Part shown: one piece after another, positions 30,259 through 39,349 of the stretch
Numbering within the stretch: the first letter of the stretch is position 1
Layout of the letters: each line of letters begins with the position of its first letter
Assembly: GCA_963850905.1 (NCBI GenBank)
Contig: CAWKMU010000003.1
Location: forward strand, 1,056,001-1,120,000
Reading direction: 5' to 3'
From: an uncultured Gemmatimonadales bacterium
GTDB lineage: Bacteria; Gemmatimonadota; Gemmatimonadetes; Gemmatimonadales; Gemmatimonadaceae
Length of the DNA stretch: 64,000 nt
Notes under the pieces: model-generated
The model's input: the letters and a program-made list of their open reading frames with translations, nothing else
The model's database searches: none
What the model was told of the DNA's origin: nothing
Position numbers and translations under genes: made by a program

Positions 30259-30744
30259 ATGACCGGCCGTTGCTTCGAGGACTTCACCGTCGGCGTGGTG
30301 CTGCGTCATCCCTTGGGACGCACCGTGACGACCACCGACAACGCGTGGTTCACACTCCTCACGGTCAACACGAATCCGATCCACTTTGACGCGCACTACG
30401 CTGCGCAGACCGAGTTCAAACGGCCGCTGGTAGACTCGACGCTGACGCTGGCCATCGTGACGGGCTTGTCGGTGGCCGATGTCTCTCAGTACGGCGTTAA
30501 TCTGGGGTGGTCGGATGTTCGGTTGCCCGCGCCCCTGTTCGAGGGCGACACGCTGTATGCGCAGTCGGAGGTCGTCCAGACGCGCGAATCCAAATCACGC
30601 CCCAACATGGGGATCGTGGAGATCAAGACGACAGGGTTCACCCAGGACGGCTCCGTCGTAATCGAGTTCCGGCGCACGATCCTGGTGTATCGGCGTGGGC
30701 ATGTGCCGGTTATCCCGCTGCCGGAGCCGAAGAAAGTAGGCTGA
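30259..30744 (+). CDS. MaoC family (R)-specific dehydratase/hydratase
   Basis: GRCFEDF, GRTVTTTDN...NTNPIHFD, NLGW and PLFEGDTLY motifs. Confidence 0.9.
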   Translation: MTGRCFEDFTVGVVLRHPLGRTVTTTDNAWFTLLTVNTNPIHFDAHYAAQTEFKRPLVDSTLTLAIVTGLSVADVSQYGVNLGWSDVRLPAPLFEGDTLYAQSEVVQTRESKSRPNMGIVEIKTTGFTQDGSVVIEFRRTILVYRRGHVPVIPLPEPKKVG

Positions 30745-30792
30745 CCAGAACGGCGGATCAGTGTCGGATCCGGGCGTCCTCGGGCTCCCTCC

Positions 30793-30821
30793 TCGACATC
30801 CCCCTCGGTCCGCGCTATCCT
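30793..30821 (+). promoter_or_regulatory. sigma70-like promoter, leaderless, for the PQQ dehydrogenase
   Basis: TCGACA (30793-98), 17 bp spacer, TATCCT (30816-21), 6 nt, ATG 30828. Confidence 0.6.
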
Positions 30822-30827
30822 CGCCGG

Positions 30828-32660
30828 ATGCCTCCGATAGGTGCGGGGATCGTGGCGTGCGTGGCGATCGGCATCCTGGGCGCGATCGGCTGTGGCCCAG
30901 ACGGGCGAGGCGCGCCGGCTGTGCCCACCGTAGATGGCACCAGGATCGGTACATCGGTCGACGGTGCGCCGGGCGAGTGGCCGATGCCGGCGAAGGACTA
31001 CGCCGGGAGTCGCTTCAGCGCACTCACCGATATCACGCCAGCGACCGTTGCGCGGCTCACGCTGACCTGGACGTTCTCGACTGGCGTTCTCCGTGGCCAC
31101 GAAGGAGCGCCCCTTGTGATCGGGTCCTCGATGTACGTGGTGACGCCGTATCCGAACGTGGCCTACGCATTCGATCTCACGAAGCCTGGTGCGCCACTGC
31201 GGTGGAAGTTCCGGCCGGACAACTCGGAGGCGGCGAAGGCCGAAGCGTGCTGCGACGTGGTGAACCGAGGCGCCGCGTACGCGGACGGTACCCTGTATTA
31301 CAACTTGCTGGACGGCCACACGGTGGCGGTCGACGCGGTCACTGGGGTGGAGCGCTGGCGCGCCCATGTCGCCGATGTGAATCGAGGCGAGACCATGACG
31401 ATGGCCCCGCTGGTGGTGCATGGCAACGTGATTGTGGGGCCCAGCGGGGGCGAGATGGGCGTGCGCGGCTGGATCGCTGCACTCGACGCCAAGACCGGTC
31501 GCGAGCGGTGGCGCGCGTACAACCTCGGCCCGGACAGCGAGGTGAAGATCGGTCCCCGATTTCAGCCCTTCTACCAATCGGACCGTGGCCGCGACCTGGC
31601 GGCGACCAGTTGGCCGACGGGGGGCTGGGTACACGGTGGCGGTGCAGTGTGGGGATGGCTGACGTACGACCCCGCGCTCAATCTGCTGTACTACGGGACC
31701 AGCAATCCGGGACCGTGGATCGGCGAGATGCGCCCAGGCGACAACAAGTACACGAGCTCCATTCTTGCGCGAGACCCCGACACCGGAGAGCTGAGGTGGG
31801 CGTTCCAGGTCACGCCGCATGACCTGTGGGATTACGACGCGGTCAATGAGAACATCCTCGCGGATCTTCCGATCCACGGCGCTACGCGTCGGGTCCTCGT
31901 GCACTTCGATCGGAATGGGTTCGCCTACACGATCGACCGCCAAACGGGCGAGGTGTTGGTGGCGGCGTCGTATGTCCCGGTGAACTGGGCGAGCGGGATC
32001 GACCTCACGACCGGGCGGCCGCGGGTGAACCCCGACAAGGTGACTGGCGCCGGGCGGACGACGCGCGACATCTGCCCCAGCCTCGAGGGCGGAAAGAATC
32101 AGCAGCCGGCCGCCTTCTCACCTGTCACCGGGCTGTTCTACGTGCCCACGAACAACCTGTGCATGGACTTCACTGGCCGTCGCCCGACGTACATCGCCGG
32201 GACGCCATATATCGGGGCCGACGCGCCCGAGAGCGGTGGCCCGGGGGGCTACCGTGGTGAATTCATCGCGTGGGATGCCACGACGGGTCACAAGGTGTGG
32301 GGCATCAAAGAGCCCTTCCCAGTCTGGAGCGGGGCGTTGGCGACCGCCGGCAATGTGGTGTTCTACGGGACGCTCGATGGGTGGTTCAAGGCCGTCGATG
32401 CGCGCACTGGATCGCCGCTCTGGTCCACGAAAGTCAGCTCGGGGATCGTCGGCAACCCGATGACCTACCGAGGACCTGACGGTCGGCAGTACGTCGCGGT
32501 CTATGCTGGCATCGGTGGCGACATGGGGTGGCTCATTGGTGGTGATGTGGCGTCAGACGCGCCGTACGACGTCCGCGAGCGCAGCACGACGTTGCCGGAC
32601 CTGGCGCGGTACACGAGCCTGGGCGGCGCGGTATTCGTCTACGGGCTCGACGGCCAGTAG
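30828..32660 (+). CDS. PQQ-dependent alcohol dehydrogenase, methanol/ethanol family; lanthanide-type motif; lipoprotein signal
   Basis: STGVLRGHEGAPLV, vicinal disulfide ACCDVVNRG, GGEMGVRG, GTSNPGPW and WDYDAVNE. Signal peptide ends AIGC. Confidence 0.92.
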   Translation: MPPIGAGIVACVAIGILGAIGCGPDGRGAPAVPTVDGTRIGTSVDGAPGEWPMPAKDYAGSRFSALTDITPATVARLTLTWTFSTGVLRGHEGAPLVIGSSMYVVTPYPNVAYAFDLTKPGAPLRWKFRPDNSEAAKAEACCDVVNRGAAYADGTLYYNLLDGHTVAVDAVTGVERWRAHVADVNRGETMTMAPLVVHGNVIVGPSGGEMGVRGWIAALDAKTGRERWRAYNLGPDSEVKIGPRFQPFYQSDRGRDLAATSWPTGGWVHGGGAVWGWLTYDPALNLLYYGTSNPGPWIGEMRPGDNKYTSSILARDPDTGELRWAFQVTPHDLWDYDAVNENILADLPIHGATRRVLVHFDRNGFAYTIDRQTGEVLVAASYVPVNWASGIDLTTGRPRVNPDKVTGAGRTTRDICPSLEGGKNQQPAAFSPVTGLFYVPTNNLCMDFTGRRPTYIAGTPYIGADAPESGGPGGYRGEFIAWDATTGHKVWGIKEPFPVWSGALATAGNVVFYGTLDGWFKAVDARTGSPLWSTKVSSGIVGNPMTYRGPDGRQYVAVYAGIGGDMGWLIGGDVASDAPYDVRERSTTLPDLARYTSLGGAVFVYGLDGQ

Positions 32661-32677
32661 CAGCCAAGGAGGAGCGC

Positions 32678-33208
32678 GTGGCTATCGATAGGACTCGAGC
32701 GATTCTGACGGGCGTTGTCGTCATCGTGGCGGGGGTCAGCGCGGCCAGTGCCATGCGGCCCACCGAGAGGGTCAGCTCGTACCGCACCGACCAAGGGGCG
32801 GCGCAGGAGTCGCCGTCGCTCATCGCGCATCCCGATCACGTGCAACTCGGGCTGCCGATCGCGCGTCGCCAGATCACCCTGGTCAATCCTCGGGAGCGCG
32901 ACCCCAAAGCCGTCGAGGAAGGCAAGGCGCTGTTCGTGTCGTACAACTGTGCCGACTGTCACGGGTCGGAGGGGTCCGGCGGGACGGGTCCGAGCCTGCA
33001 AGACGGACGGTGGCACTTTGGCTCGACTGCTGGCGACGTGTACGAGTCGATCGAGGAGGGTCGGCCTGACGGAATGGCGGCATGGGGCGGCCGTATCCCG
33101 GAATCCCAAGTCTGGGCGCTCGTCGCCTACGTTCGCACTCTTGCCGCGGGCAAGGACGTCTCGACCGAGAATTTCGAGGGGACAACGGTCCAGCGCGGCG
33201 GGCATTAA
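32678..33208 (+). CDS. Monoheme c-type cytochrome, probable electron acceptor of the PQQ dehydrogenase
   Basis: AAGGAGG RBS, signal peptide, CADCH heme motif and distal Met in GRPDGMAAW. Confidence 0.88.
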   Translation: MAIDRTRAILTGVVVIVAGVSAASAMRPTERVSSYRTDQGAAQESPSLIAHPDHVQLGLPIARRQITLVNPRERDPKAVEEGKALFVSYNCADCHGSEGSGGTGPSLQDGRWHFGSTAGDVYESIEEGRPDGMAAWGGRIPESQVWALVAYVRTLAAGKDVSTENFEGTTVQRGGH

Positions 33209-33221
33209 GGGCGGCGTAATT

Positions 33222-33262
33222 AGTAAACGGACGTTGACTTATTATTTATTCCCCCATAACTT
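33222..33262 (+). promoter_or_regulatory. sigma70-like promoter with overlapping palindromic operator
   Basis: TTGACT (33234-39), 17 bp spacer, TAACTT (33257-62). Inverted repeat AGTAAAC-ggac-GTTGACT (33222-39). Confidence 0.6.
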
Positions 33263-33271
33263 GATGGCCTT

Positions 33272-34219
33272 ATGCCGCTACTGAGTGGGAAGGTTGCCGT
33301 CGTCGCTGGGGCAACGCGCGGCGCGGGGCGTGGGATTGCGGCGATGTTGGGCGAGGCCGGAGCGACCGTGTACTGTTCGGGCCGGAGCGTCCGGGGGCAC
33401 CCGGCGACCGGGGACCGGCCGGAGACGATCAATGAAACGGCTGATCTCGTTTCCGTCCGCGGGGGTCACGGCGTGGCGGTGCAGACCGATCACACGCAGC
33501 CCGAGCAGGTCGCGGCGCTCGTTGCGCGCGTCCGGAAGGACCACGGACGCTTGGACATCCTGGTCAACGACGTCTGGGGCGGCGACGAGCTCACCGAGTT
33601 CGGGAAGACATTCTGGCAGGTGTCGCTCGATAAGGGGCTGCTCTTGCTGCGCCAGGCCGTTGCTTCACACATTATTACGAGCCGGCAGGCCGTGCCGCTC
33701 ATGCTCGACAGTCCAGGGCCCGGACTCATCGTCGAGATCACCGACGGGGACGGCTTCTGGTACCGGGGCAACATCTTCTATGACCTCGTGAAGACCTCGG
33801 TGATCCGATTGGCCTTCACCATGGCACGGGAGCTCCGACGGCGGCCGATCACAGCCCTGGCCCTCACTCCAGGTTTCCTGCGCTCCGAGGCGATGCTCGA
33901 GCGGTTTGGCGTCACGGAGGCCACTTGGCAGGACGGCGGCAAACAGGACCCGAATTTCCTCGCCTCGGAGACCCCGTATTTCGTGGGCCGGGCGGTCGCT
34001 GCGCTTGCGGCTGACCCCAAGGTCTCGACCAAGGCAGGCCGAGTCTTTAGCAGCTGGGACCTGAGCGACGAATACGGCTTCACCGACATCGACGGCAGTC
34101 GCCCCCATTGGGGTAAACACGCCGCCGCCACATTTGGCCAATTCACCCGCTGCGACGACGGGTTCTACGCCTATTGTGTTGGCGGACCTGTCGATACGCT
34201 GTTTGCCGACTGGCCGTAA
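33272..34219 (+). CDS. Short-chain dehydrogenase/reductase
   Basis: VAGATRGAGRGIA, LDILVND, catalytic YDLVK and TPGFLRSE. Confidence 0.9.
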   Translation: MPLLSGKVAVVAGATRGAGRGIAAMLGEAGATVYCSGRSVRGHPATGDRPETINETADLVSVRGGHGVAVQTDHTQPEQVAALVARVRKDHGRLDILVNDVWGGDELTEFGKTFWQVSLDKGLLLLRQAVASHIITSRQAVPLMLDSPGPGLIVEITDGDGFWYRGNIFYDLVKTSVIRLAFTMARELRRRPITALALTPGFLRSEAMLERFGVTEATWQDGGKQDPNFLASETPYFVGRAVAALAADPKVSTKAGRVFSSWDLSDEYGFTDIDGSRPHWGKHAAATFGQFTRCDDGFYAYCVGGPVDTLFADWP

Positions 34220-34288
34220 TCACAACGGCGCGATCAGGGGTCAGTTTCCCTTCTAGCCCCCTCCCAGCCTGAGCCTTATAGTCATTCC

Positions 34289-37200
34289 ATGGCAGGGACG
34301 GCCAGCATCAAGCTCGGGCGGACCCCACAGCCGGCCGCCGAGTACCCCCAATGGAAACACCTGGTCTGGTTCGCGGCCGCTGCCATAGCCCTGGCGGTGC
34401 CGCACGATGTGCCCGCACAGGACACGAACCCCGCCACCGAAAGCCCGAACCGGATAGTCGAGCAAGCTGAGCGAGCGATCTCCGACGACAGCGGGCCGGC
34501 CGTGGCTGCCCGCTGGCGGGCGCGGGCGAGTCGTGACTCCAAAGACAGGCTCGCTCGCTTCGGTGTCGCCATGGTCGCCCTCCTCACCAACGACTCGGCG
34601 GACGCAGCGCAGGGGTTCCGGCGTCTCGAAGAGGAAAGCGCTCAGGACCACCAAGCCGCCCGCGTGGCGGCGTACGCGTTGTGGGGGGACGGATCGCTCT
34701 TCTACTCCCTCGGACGTTGGGCCGACGCTGCGCGGAGCTTTGCGGACGCCGCCACAGCGATGCGAGCACTCGACGACTCCGCGGGTGAGGCGCTGAGCCT
34801 GATCCAGCTCGCGTGGCTCGAAACGCGGGCACATCGGCCGACCGCCTCCGCACATCTCGCGCGGGCCGATTCGCTGATTCCGCCGCGGGAGAGTGCGTTG
34901 CGAGGCGGCTGGGACTGCGCGCACGCAACAATGCTCACCGCCGCCCACCAGCCCGGCGCGCTCGAGGCAGCTGACTCGGGCGCCATGCTAACGCGCCGCG
35001 CGGGTGACTTGCGAGGGGCCGCGCAGTGCGAGTTCAGTGCCGTGCAGGATCTCACCGCGAGTGGGCGCATCAATGAAGCCATTCAGCGATTGGGCGAAGT
35101 GATCGCGCTGTCCGCGCAGAGCCGCGACCATAGCACGCATGCGGCAGCGCTGCAGTGGCGAGGCTTCGCCGAGCTCAATGAGGGCTACTACGGACCTGCG
35201 GAGCGGGACCTCCTGGCCGCTGTCGACGAATCCACCGTACAGAAATATCCGGCCGGGGTCGGATGGTCTGAGCTGAATCTCGCCGCCCTGGCGGACGAAC
35301 TCGGCGATGCTCCGGACGCCCGGCGACACGCGATGCACTCGTACGCTGCACTATCGGCCATTGGGGACTCCTCCGGCCTCGGTATCCTGCGCCGTGATGC
35401 GGGCAGGCGAGCACTCGCCGTCGGCGACACGGCCGCTGCGCGGAGTGGCACGGTGAGCGCCCTCGAGGCAGCGGAGCGCCACGGCAAGTTGGAGGACGTG
35501 CTTGGTGCGCGCATCGGCCTGGCGGCGATCGACGTTCGGGAGCAGCGCTGGGATGCGGCCGAGCACGAAATACGGACGGCGCGACAGCTGCTCACGGCGG
35601 ATCGCGCGCGGGCGTGGACGTTGACGCTGCCGTGGTTCGAGGGTCGTATCTCGCTCGACCGGGGCCGGCCGCGGATGGCGCTCCGGCAGCTCGCCGTCGC
35701 CGAGCGCGCGCTCGACTCGACGCAGCACCTGTTCCGATCCGAGATAGAGCAAGACATGGCTGTCGCATGGCTGCGAACCGGCGACACCACGCGGGCGCTG
35801 GCGTTCCTGGGACGCGCCGACGACGAGGTGGACAGCTGGCGCGCCACGCTCGACGATGCAGGGCTCCGCGTTTTGGCTTTCTCGGCAACTGAGGAAATAC
35901 CTGGAGGGACGAGCGCCGAGGTGATCGCTGCGGCGGTCTGGTCGCACCGGGCCGCGGAGGGATTCGCGCTCGCCGAGCGACAGCGTGGACGAGAGCTGGC
36001 AGATCAACTGTTGCGGATGGAGGCGCTCGGACGCGGGCGACCGCGGATCGACCCCGCGAATCGGTCGAGCGTGGGGTTGGCTCAGGGGCAGACAATCGGG
36101 TTTCCGGCACTGCAGCGCGCGCTCCCCGATGACAGCACCGCTCTCGTGGAGTACGTCGCCGGCGCCGGCACGGCGCGGACGTCGCTCTTCATTGTGACGC
36201 GACAGCGTGCCATCGCGACATTGGTCCCACCCGTCGATTCCCTGACGGAAACCATCGACCGCTTGAACGCCCTCGTGGATCAGGGAGTGCCGGCGTCCGC
36301 TGCGGAGCGCGCACTCGGCGCGGCGCTCCTGCCCGATCTCGTCCGCCTCCCGCGGCCGATTCACCGTCTTGTCGTCGTGCCCAATGGCGCGTTGCATCGA
36401 GTCCCCTTCAGCACACTGCGTCTCCCGGACGGCTCTTCCCTGATCGACCGTTTCGCCGTCGCGCTCGCTCCATCGGCGACGGTCGCGGTCAACGAATGGC
36501 ACCGCTCCCGAGCGGCCGCGCGCACCCTGACGGTGCTCGCGTTCGGCGACCCGGTGCTGCCGGACGTCATCGGCAATGGAAGCGATCCCCTCAGAGTCGA
36601 TCGTGGCAGTGCCGCGATGGCTGCGCGCGCGACACCCGCGACCGTGTGGCGGGACACCGGCTTCGCATTCGACCGAGATGCGGCATCGGCACTCGTTACG
36701 ACCGGGCAGTTGCCTCGACTCCCCTGGACCGCTGACGAGGCAGCGATGGTCGGCGCGTTCGGAGAGGAGGCGACGGTACGCTTGCGCGGCAATGCAAGCG
36801 CGGCATTTCTCGAACACACGCCGCTCAATGCGTTCTCGGTCATTCATTTTGCGACGCACGCTGTGGTCGACGAAGAGGTCCCCGCGCGGAGCGCGCTTGC
36901 GCTGGCGCCGGGCGGTGGACAGTCGGGATACGTCGGGCCGAGCGACCTCGCGGCGCTCCATCTGACGGCGGATCTCGTGGTCCTGTCGGCGTGCCGCACC
37001 GCGCGCGGCGCGGTCGTCACTGGCGAAGGTGTGCGCGGCTTCACCGGCCCGCTGCTCGAGGCCGGTGCGCACAGCGTGCTAGCGACCCAATGGGGCCTCA
37101 ACGACCGGAACGCCGTTCCGCTCGTCTACGCCGTGTACCGAGCGCTCGCCGATGGCTTACCGGTCGCAGACGCGGTGCGTCGTGCCGAGCTCACGGCGCG

Positions 37201-37333
37201 ACAGGCCGGGCGCCCCGAACGCGAGTGGGCCGCCTTCATCCTGATCGGAGATCCGCTGACGCGCGTGCCGCTGCGGGTACCGGCTGCGGATCGCGTGCCG
37301 TCCTGGGTCCGCCAATTGGAGGCCGCACGCTGA
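34289..37333 (+). CDS. CHAT (caspase-like) domain protein with N-terminal signal/TM segment and TPR-like helical region
   Basis: LVVVPNGALHRVPF, LAFGDP, catalytic His in IHFATHA, catalytic Cys in VVLSACRT, GEGVRG, SVLATQW and WAAFILIGD. Confidence 0.9.
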   Translation: MAGTASIKLGRTPQPAAEYPQWKHLVWFAAAAIALAVPHDVPAQDTNPATESPNRIVEQAERAISDDSGPAVAARWRARASRDSKDRLARFGVAMVALLTNDSADAAQGFRRLEEESAQDHQAARVAAYALWGDGSLFYSLGRWADAARSFADAATAMRALDDSAGEALSLIQLAWLETRAHRPTASAHLARADSLIPPRESALRGGWDCAHATMLTAAHQPGALEAADSGAMLTRRAGDLRGAAQCEFSAVQDLTASGRINEAIQRLGEVIALSAQSRDHSTHAAALQWRGFAELNEGYYGPAERDLLAAVDESTVQKYPAGVGWSELNLAALADELGDAPDARRHAMHSYAALSAIGDSSGLGILRRDAGRRALAVGDTAAARSGTVSALEAAERHGKLEDVLGARIGLAAIDVREQRWDAAEHEIRTARQLLTADRARAWTLTLPWFEGRISLDRGRPRMALRQLAVAERALDSTQHLFRSEIEQDMAVAWLRTGDTTRALAFLGRADDEVDSWRATLDDAGLRVLAFSATEEIPGGTSAEVIAAAVWSHRAAEGFALAERQRGRELADQLLRMEALGRGRPRIDPANRSSVGLAQGQTIGFPALQRALPDDSTALVEYVAGAGTARTSLFIVTRQRAIATLVPPVDSLTETIDRLNALVDQGVPASAAERALGAALLPDLVRLPRPIHRLVVVPNGALHRVPFSTLRLPDGSSLIDRFAVALAPSATVAVNEWHRSRAAARTLTVLAFGDPVLPDVIGNGSDPLRVDRGSAAMAARATPATVWRDTGFAFDRDAASALVTTGQLPRLPWTADEAAMVGAFGEEATVRLRGNASAAFLEHTPLNAFSVIHFATHAVVDEEVPARSALALAPGGGQSGYVGPSDLAALHLTADLVVLSACRTARGAVVTGEGVRGFTGPLLEAGAHSVLATQWGLNDRNAVPLVYAVYRALADGLPVADAVRRAELTARQAGRPEREWAAFILIGDPLTRVPLRVPAADRVPSWVRQLEAAR

Positions 37334-37352
37334 GCGCGAGCCTGGGCCCGGG

Positions 37353-37991
37353 CTACCGTCCTGGGTATAACACCTGGATGGCAGCGAACTCCGACTGCCA
37401 GGTCTCACCCTCGACTTTGGCCTGCACCCACCACCGATAGGCGCGGCCGGACGTGAGCGCGTCCGCCGTGAATGTGGTATCACGCGTGTCGGCGCGCACG
37501 ACGACGCCACCTGAGTCATCCAGCACCTCGAAGTGGTAGCTCCCAGCGGTCGGCACGCGGTGCCACACGAAGCGTAGAGCCGTGGACGCAGCGGACCCAA
37601 TCGGCGCGATGAGCGTGATCGTGTGCGGACGGCTCCCTTGCGTCGCTCCGCGGTCGGGTGCAGCGGCGCTCAGGTGCACCGCCGAGGAGCGGGCGACCGC
37701 GAGCGCGACCGCGACCACCACGGCCGCCGCAGCTGCGAGCCCAATGCCTTGCACTCGCCACGTTGCCGGCACGAGCTGACGGGCCGCGGTCTGCGTCGCG
37801 CGGAGCAGCTCGAACTCGGCTCGGCAGTCGGCGCAACTGGCTATGTGATCGAGCACTGCGAGTCGGTCCGCCTCCGTCCCACTGCGTTCGACCGCGACGG
37901 CAATTGCCTCCGGCGCCGGATGGGGCGTCGAGGGTGCGTCCGCCGCACGGGCGACATAGGCAGCACGCAGCCGACTATCAGGTCCGGTCAT
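37353..37991 (-). CDS. Putative anti-sigma factor (zf-HC2 zinc finger, TM helix, extracytoplasmic beta domain)
   Basis: HP...HIASCADC (HxxxCxxC), TM segment GLAAAAAVVVAVALAV, FN3-like C-terminus (FVWHRVP...YRWWVQA). ATGA-coupled to the sigma gene. Confidence 0.75.
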   Translation of the reverse strand: MTGPDSRLRAAYVARAADAPSTPHPAPEAIAVAVERSGTEADRLAVLDHIASCADCRAEFELLRATQTAARQLVPATWRVQGIGLAAAAAVVVAVALAVARSSAVHLSAAAPDRGATQGSRPHTITLIAPIGSAASTALRFVWHRVPTAGSYHFEVLDDSGGVVVRADTRDTTFTADALTSGRAYRWWVQAKVEGETWQSEFAAIQVLYPGR

Positions 37992-38626
37992 CCGAGTTCA
38001 CCAGGGCTAATGCCGCGTCGCAGGAGCGCCGCCCGCAGATCCGCGAGCCCGCGATAGATCAAGTTTCGCGCCTTCGCTGCCGACCAGCCAGTCATGCCGG
38101 CAATCTCGTCGCGCGAGTATCCGACGAGATGTAGCCGCACGGCCGTCCGTCGCGCATCGGCTAGTTCGAGCATGGCCGCTGCCACCGCCGAGGCGAATTC
38201 CGCACGTGCGAGCGTGTGCTCGGGACCCCGCTCATCGGATTCCGTTGAGGCCAACGCTGCATGTTCGCCTCGCTCGTCTCGAGATTCTGCCAGCGATGTG
38301 ACCCTACCCGACCCGCGCTTGCGACGCACGACTTCGAGTGCCGCCGATAACGCCGTCCGGTAGATGTAAGACGTGCCCAAGCCCGCGATTGTCTCACTTT
38401 CCTGTCGAGCGCGCCACAGGCGCACACGAACTTCCTGGACGACCTCGTCGACGTCATCGCTCACCAACCCGTGCCGCGTTGCCACGTGATGCAGCAACCG
38501 CGCGAAGCGCGTGATTACGCTCTCGAGCGCCGCCAATGTCGAATCGGAACCGCCCGCCACAGGCGACTCCCTCTGCGCCGGTCCTGTCGGCGGCGGGGCG
38601 TGCGGGCGAGTTGAAGACCATGGCAT
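37988..38626 (-). CDS. ECF-type RNA polymerase sigma factor
   Basis: Region 2 DEVVQEVRVRLW...SYIYRTA; region 4 L...RRTAVRLHLVGYSRDEIA...ARNLIYRG. Confidence 0.88.
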   Translation of the reverse strand: MPWSSTRPHAPPPTGPAQRESPVAGGSDSTLAALESVITRFARLLHHVATRHGLVSDDVDEVVQEVRVRLWRARQESETIAGLGTSYIYRTALSAALEVVRRKRGSGRVTSLAESRDERGEHAALASTESDERGPEHTLARAEFASAVAAAMLELADARRTAVRLHLVGYSRDEIAGMTGWSAAKARNLIYRGLADLRAALLRRGISPGELG

Positions 38627-38676
38627 GCGGGATTCAATACGGGGCCCGGATGTCGGAAGGGCAAGTTAAAAATGGC

Positions 38677-38716
38677 GATCAGGGGTCTGCGGCCGCGATC
38701 CCCTGACCCCTGATCC
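38677..38716. repeat. Minimal heptamer-arm hairpin (GATCAGGGGTC ... GACCCCTGATC) without a large core
   Basis: gatcaggggtctgcggccgcgatcccctgacccctgatc, between the divergent sigma and MarR genes. Confidence 0.6.
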
Positions 38717-38746
38717 TTGACGCGGTTGTTCTTTACTTTCGTGTCC

Positions 38747-39286
38747 ATGAAACACCCACGGACACTGGAGCGGAGTCGCGAGTCGAGTCGGAGTGAGGCC
38801 AGTGTTGGCGGGGCACTCGAAGCCGTTCGCCGCCTCGTGCGTGCACTGCGCCTCAGCGCGAATCGCGCGCACGACACCGTCGGCGTCAGCTCCGCAGAGC
38901 TTTTCATCTTGCGCGCATTGCATGAGGGCGGCCCGGTCGCATCACTTAACGAGCTGGCGGACCGTACCTACACCGACCAAAGCTCGGCCTCCCCGGTCGT
39001 GGAGCGCCTGCGCCGTCGGCGACTCATCCGCCGACAACGCTCGGCGCTCGACGCGCGGCGGGTCACGATCGAGTTGACCGACGCCGGTCGCGCCCTGCTG
39101 CAACGCGCGCCCCTGCCCCCGCAGGCGGGCGTGATCACCGCGCTCCAGCGCATGCCTGCGACCGAGCGGGAATCACTCGCGCGCGGCCTGAGCCGGCTCG
39201 TGGCCGAGATGGGACTCGCGAATGGACAGGGCGCCATGCTCTTTGAGGAGCCGCCGAAGGGACGCGCCAAGCGCGTCGCCCGCTGA
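38747..39286 (+). CDS. MarR family transcriptional regulator
   Basis: wHTH motif ELADRTYTDQSSASPVVERL and wing DARRVTIELTDAG. TACTTT lies 7 nt before ATG 38747. Confidence 0.88.
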   Translation: MKHPRTLERSRESSRSEASVGGALEAVRRLVRALRLSANRAHDTVGVSSAELFILRALHEGGPVASLNELADRTYTDQSSASPVVERLRRRRLIRRQRSALDARRVTIELTDAGRALLQRAPLPPQAGVITALQRMPATERESLARGLSRLVAEMGLANGQGAMLFEEPPKGRAKRVAR

Positions 39287-39349
39287 GACAAGCCGGCGGC
39301 TCCGTTCCCTCTCCTGATTCCAGAGGCTCGAGGCTGCTGGGGGCGCCGG

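Noticed and set aside
30828..32660. Calling the gene mxaF or xoxF and inferring methylotrophy
   Set aside because: No mxaI, mxaJ/xoxJ or C1-pathway genes are in the window. The clade cannot be assigned without a phylogeny.
35351..37072. Long antisense ORFs (also 3606-4970, 25850-27721, 30486-31943, 44381-45973, 60195-61331)
   Set aside because: They are shadow ORFs opposite well-supported genes, expected in high-GC DNA, with no recognisable motifs.
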